64,000 nucleotides of DNA from Vicugna vicugna (Eukaryota), in contig MU058919.1 in the NCBI GenBank assembly GCA_013265495.1, forward strand, positions 4,543,345-4,607,344, written 5' to 3'. Below the pieces are notes generated by a model. The model saw nothing but the letters and a program-made list of their open reading frames with translations, made no database searches and was not told the origin of the DNA. The number at the start of each line of letters is the position of its first letter. Within the stretch, counting starts at the first letter, position 1. The translations under genes and the position numbers were made by a program. Of this stretch, positions 59,450 through 64,000 are shown one piece after another.

Positions 59450-59940
59450 GACCTGCGAGGCCTGAAACCTCCAGCCAGGAAGTGCTGGCCACCGGGTCAG
59501 GGCTCCAGAGGCCCCGCGTGGAGGCAGGAGGGAGCAGAACTTTCCATGCACCATCGAAACCAACAGGCCTCTTCATGGGAAATTGGCTGAAAATGTGCTG
59601 ACCGGCATCGAACTTTTATTAGGATCCGAGGACAGGAGGCTGAACTTCCAGGGAATGACGGTTTGGGGAGGGTGCAGCCAGGATGGGGTGCTCCGCCATG
59701 GCCCCGGCCCCATCTTTGGGGTTCAGTGCCCGGATCCCCACCGCCCTTGACCCAAGACGCCCGCTCCTGCCTGGGGGACAAGATGCCGGACCAAGATTGG
59801 GGCATGGGACCCAGACCCTGAAATCGGGCGGCCCTGGGGGGGTGGGGAACCCTCCCAGCTGCCCAGCTTCTGTGCAGGAGGTGGGGGGTGGGGAGTTGGG
59901 GAGGCAGACTTTCTGGAGGGGGAAGGGGACATAAATCAGG

Positions 59941-60275
59941 NNNNNNNNNNNNNNNNNNNNNNNNNNNNNNNNNNNNNNNNNNNNNNNNNNNNNNNNNNNN
60001 NNNNNNNNNNNNNNNNNNNNNNNNNNNNNNNNNNNNNNNNNNNNNNNNNNNNNNNNNNNNNNNNNNNNNNNNNNNNNNNNNNNNNNNNNNNNNNNNNNNN
60101 NNNNNNNNNNNNNNNNNNNNNNNNNNNNNNNNNNNNNNNNNNNNNNNNNNNNNNNNNNNNNNNNNNNNNNNNNNNNNNNNNNNNNNNNNNNNNNNNNNNN
60201 NNNNNNNNNNNNNNNNNNNNNNNNNNNNNNNNNNNNNNNNNNNNNNNNNNNNNNNNGGCGCCACCCAGCTCCTAG
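59941..60275 (+). other. Probable first (5' UTR) exon; start hidden in N-block
   Basis: Ends 'ggcgccacccagctcctAG|GTAAGG', a near-consensus U2 donor. Confidence 0.5.
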
Positions 60276-60346
60276 GTAAGGCTGGGGAGTAGCACCTCGT
60301 TTTAGCGGATTTTTTTCCTTTTTTTTTTTTTTTTTTTTCCTCCAAG
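60276..60346 (+). other. Candidate 71-nt GT-AG mini-intron
   Basis: GTAAGG...~30-nt poly-pyrimidine (mostly T) tract...cctccaAG. Confidence 0.5.
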
Positions 60347-60760
60347 CTGTGATTTTCTGAGCAGTCTTGGCCAACGTTATTAAAGTTGCATCACGAAGGA
60401 TACAGAGCAGAGATACAGATCCAGATACCGGCCCGTGCCGGAGCTGGGAGGACCGGCTGCCTCGGTTCCCGTTGTTTTTTAAGTGCACGCGGAGGCTCCG
60501 GCGAGAAGCTCGGAGTTTNNNNNNNNNNNNNNNNNNNNNNNNNNNNNNNNNNNNNNNNNNNNNNNNNNNNNNNNNNNNNNNNNNNNNNNNNNNNNNNNNN
60601 NNNNNNNNNNNNNNNNNNNNNNNNNNNNNNNNNNNNNNNNNNNNNNNNNNNNNNNNNNNNNNNNNNNNNNNNNNNNNNNNNNNNNNNNNNNNNNNNNNNN
60701 NNNNNNNNNNNNNNNNNNNNNNNNNNNNNCATTTGAACTGGAGTGCGAAAGGAAGTTTAC
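60347..60760 (+). other. Probable 5' UTR exon (3' boundary uncertain; 60519-60729 is N)
   Basis: Follows a very strong acceptor; unique CpG-containing sequence; no visible strong donor, 'ttacttcg|gtgtat' is weak. Confidence 0.4.
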
Positions 60761-63700
60761 TTCGGTGTATAAAATATTAGCCCCGGGAGCGCTAAATAGC
60801 GAGTAGGCTGGGCTGGGGGCCAGGGCGTCGCTGTGCCGGGCGCATTCCAAAGACGTTTCTTGGAGCGGGCGATCCCCACCCCCCACCCCCCTGCAGGCTC
60901 CCAGGACAGGACGCCACCGAAAATTCTGGAGACTGAAGGCGAGATTAAAATACTCCATTTAAAGTTTCGTTTGGAATTTCATTTTCTTCCAAAATACTAT
61001 CTCCCCTTAAAATCTTTGAAAGCACTTTCGTTTAAGCAGATAATGTCACAAATGCACACGAGTTTGAACTCAAGAAAGAACCAGCACCCCCCCTCCAACC
61101 AAAAGACCATTTATATGTGGGCATAGGGAGCTCACAGATACACAATTAAAAAAAAAATTGGCTGCTTAAAAATCCCCAGTTAGGTCAGGTTAAATTTATT
61201 ATATTCTTTTATAGCTGAACTCTATGGTTTTGACTTGAGGTGACAGCTGAAATGTACCAGAAACCTTTGGAATTTCAGTCCTATATATTACTATAAGGAA
61301 GAAAATAAAGTTCTACCATTAGAAGGTAGCTGCTTGCCTTAAAATGTTTAAGAAAAAAAAGATGTTAATTTTTTCCTGCAATTCTTTTTTTAAGTATGAA
61401 GTAAGTTACATGAGCAGAGCAACCAGCTAAGCATAATATAAATACAGCTATGAAACGCTGCCCTTGCTCCAGATTAGGAATGTTCAGGTTGCCATAATGC
61501 AAAAGGGAAGGATTGCTCATATTTTTAAGTGAAAACACCTCATTTGGTTAATGTGCATTTTTGTCCGAATGAAAAGCATCTTCTGGGCAGGACTCTTAGC
61601 CAGGTGTCTTTGTGCTCTGAGCACCCCTGACCAATGATACCGTCCACAAAGACAAAACATGAATCTTTTTATACAAAGCTGCCAGCGGCTGTCCACATTT
61701 CAACTCCAAGTGAAATGCAAGGAGAAGGTTTTTTTTTTTTTCCCTTCTAGAAATGCCTCTCCATTTTAAGAGGAATCCATTCATACAGTTCCTTTTTTCA
61801 GCGTTCCTGTTAAAATCACTTTTGACTTTAGAAAATGGATTAAATATGGAATCTGTTCTCGAGACAGTATCTGTGTCCAGTGGCAAATGCGTCGCCCTGT
61901 GTCGGGTGTCTGCAGTGGAGTTTCCAGTCCTCGTACCTGCTAGGCAATCACAATAAAGAGCACCTTAAAGTACCAGAAAGGCCATCAGCAGATGCCCAGA
62001 AGAAATTACCCCTGACTGCTCTCTTACGAATGGAAATGAGAAGTTTGGAACGGCACTGCCCTAATGACGTTGACATAGGCAGTGCTGCCGCCGTCCGTCC
62101 GCAGGTCACCGCGCTGTTCTCCGTGCTGTTTCAGGCGATTTCAGGGGCTTTGCCTTCCAAGGGTACAGCCAGCCTCTGGCCAAACTGACTGTGTGGTTGT
62201 AGCATAAAGCAGTTTGGGCAACAATGGAGAAAAACAAAGACAAAACTAAAAAATAACAACAACAAAATAACTGAATGCAGGTCCAATAAACCGAGGCCAT
62301 ATTTTCCCTGTGTTTCCTTATATCTGTTCAGTGGAACTGTAGCAGAAGTAGCTAGTTTGCAAAATCCAGAGGCAGGATCTTGAAGGGCCAGCATCCAGAG
62401 CTGCAATTCGTATGTGTATAAATAAAAGAAATTAATTTCCTATTCCTGGGAAAGACATGATAACAGGGTCTGTGTTTGTCGCTCTCAGAGTGCAGTTGGC
62501 ACAAAGAGCTGAAGAAAAGGAGAGGATGTGTCAAGTTCTGCCCTAACCACAGAGCCACAGGGCTTTCCAGCTGCGCTCCCAGCAGACGGCGGTGTGCTTG
62601 GTGGCAATTAAGGGATCTTCTTGGTTGGCACAACATATTTTTCAAATGCTACAAACCGTTAAGAAGCGAACAAAACAGCTTTGCCGTCAGTGTTGTCTGT
62701 TCTGCTCCCCCGACCCCCCATCCTTAAATCTGCATTCTGAGAGCTGGATGACCAGAGCTGTCAGCTCGAGATGAGATTGTATTTTTCACTGTGGCCAGAA
62801 ACACTCCCCGATGATACTGCGGAGGGATAAAGCCTCCCCGTGGCTGTGCTATTGTTTTATTTCTATTTTTCACTTGACTCCAACCTCTAGTGCGAAAGGA
62901 CTGGGAGACCAGAGAGTCACTGGGGCTTGATTTTTCTTGCATTTGTCATCCCGAGGCTAGGATTCCACCTGCCCCTTTAACCAAACAGTTTAGTGCCTTG
63001 TAGGGCTGCCGAGAAACTCCTCAAAGGGAATTCCATTTATTGACCACACCACTTTTAGATATTCAACTGAATTTTGCAGTAGCCTTTTTAAGATGTTTTT
63101 CCCCCCTTTGGCTTTTCTTTTATGTGCTAAATTCACAACAGGAAAAAGAAAAGACATTATTTAAATGTCTGCACCTCTGTCTGTCAAGACATAAGACTTA
63201 AAGAAAGACATATTTTTCCTATTTTAGGTCTTCAAAGGAGCAAAAAGAAAAAAAATAACACGGATACTATATTTCCTCAAGCTTTTTTTCCACATCACCT
63301 AAATCAGTCACTATTTATTAAGTATAAATCCTGCCGTGTGCTTCTAAGAGAAGTACCCAGAAATGGGGGGGGGAAAGGAATTTACAAATAAGTATTATTC
63401 AGGACGGGAGATTAAGGTTAACCGCAGTACCACGTCTGGATTATATGGACGTGTTGTGGGTGATGTGCCCTGGTAACCAGCTGACCTGAGCAATCTGTCC
63501 CCTTCCAGGAGTCACAGCCTGGCTCGGCCAACCCTCAGGGTGGCTGGTGGTGGTCTTTGTAAGTTATTCAAGTTATTTATAATCCCCTATTGCTTTTAAA
63601 AGAGTATGGCCAGCTGTGGGCAGTGACTGTATATCTTTGTTCTAGAGATTTTCTACAGAGCGCGTCGCCAGTAAACGTGTATTTGTGGACTCCTCCAACC

Positions 63701-64000
63701 TGGACAAGGAAGTGACGCCCTGGACTGAGCTCTCTTCTCTGCGGGGAGCGGAGGGTCTGCAATTGCCACCCAGGACTGACCTGACCAGAGCACGGAGCTG
63801 GCCTTTCTTCCCTGCGCCATTTGAATATCTTAAGTACAGAGTGGCTGCGAGCAAAACAAAAACATGTCATGTGCCCAGGTGACATTTTGTAGCAAACAAG
63901 CAAACCACAATCCAGGAAGTGTTGTATTTTATGCCAACAACAGCCTGACAGTTTCCTCTGTAAAGAAAACATGACACTTTTCCAAATATCAGAGGAGGCA

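Larger units (their letters stand above)
59450..60900 (+). promoter_or_regulatory. Probable promoter / 5' end of a + strand transcript
   Basis: CpG-enriched and G-run-rich; CATAAATCA at 59930-59938 just before N-block 59941-60256; strong donor at 60275/60276; UTR-like sequence follows. Confidence 0.55.

Noticed and set aside
31661-59938. Recurrence of TGATTTAT (31661 rev, 51551, 59930 rev) as a window-wide signal
   Set aside because: About two copies are expected by chance on both strands, so three is not significant.
59497-60780. Several long ORFs across the promoter region
   Set aside because: Their length comes from N runs translated as X plus poly-T/poly-A; there is no coding evidence.
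59450-60900. Assigning a gene symbol
   Set aside because: I do not recognise the visible UTR sequence, and the diagnostic parts are masked.
1-64000. tRNA, rRNA, snRNA, CRISPR arrays, prokaryotic or viral genes, processed pseudogenes
   Set aside because: No matching motifs, spaced repeats, long coding ORFs or poly-A-tailed cDNA copies were seen.

Overview
Eutherian (probably Laurasiatherian) genomic DNA with a GC- and CpG-rich background (roughly 1-52 kb) that becomes AT-rich towards the right end. No protein-coding CDS can be supported: the six-frame ORFs are low-complexity products of GC-rich DNA or simple repeats. The window reads as the long non-coding 5' region of a large gene transcribed on the + strand. 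The evidence is one exon with good splice sites on both sides (45119-45293), a promoter-like region near 59.4-60.9 kb with a donor/acceptor pair enclosing a 71-nt mini-intron (60276-60346), an antisense bias of old L1/L2/MLT insertions, and many short AT-rich islands dense in homeodomain, SOX and bZIP motifs that resemble conserved enhancers. Interspersed repeats are all ancient (MIR, L2, MLT1 solo LTRs, MER3, a hAT MITE, L1MC, L1MA9-like), and no young lineage-specific SINE is seen. Ten N-blocks (141-316 bp, 1963 bp in total) fall inside the most functional-looking sequence, seven of them within 4.5 kb at the promoter, so the most informative DNA is hidden. I could not identify the gene and see no convincing novel system. 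Repeat family names come from recalled consensus sequences and need RepeatMasker confirmation.
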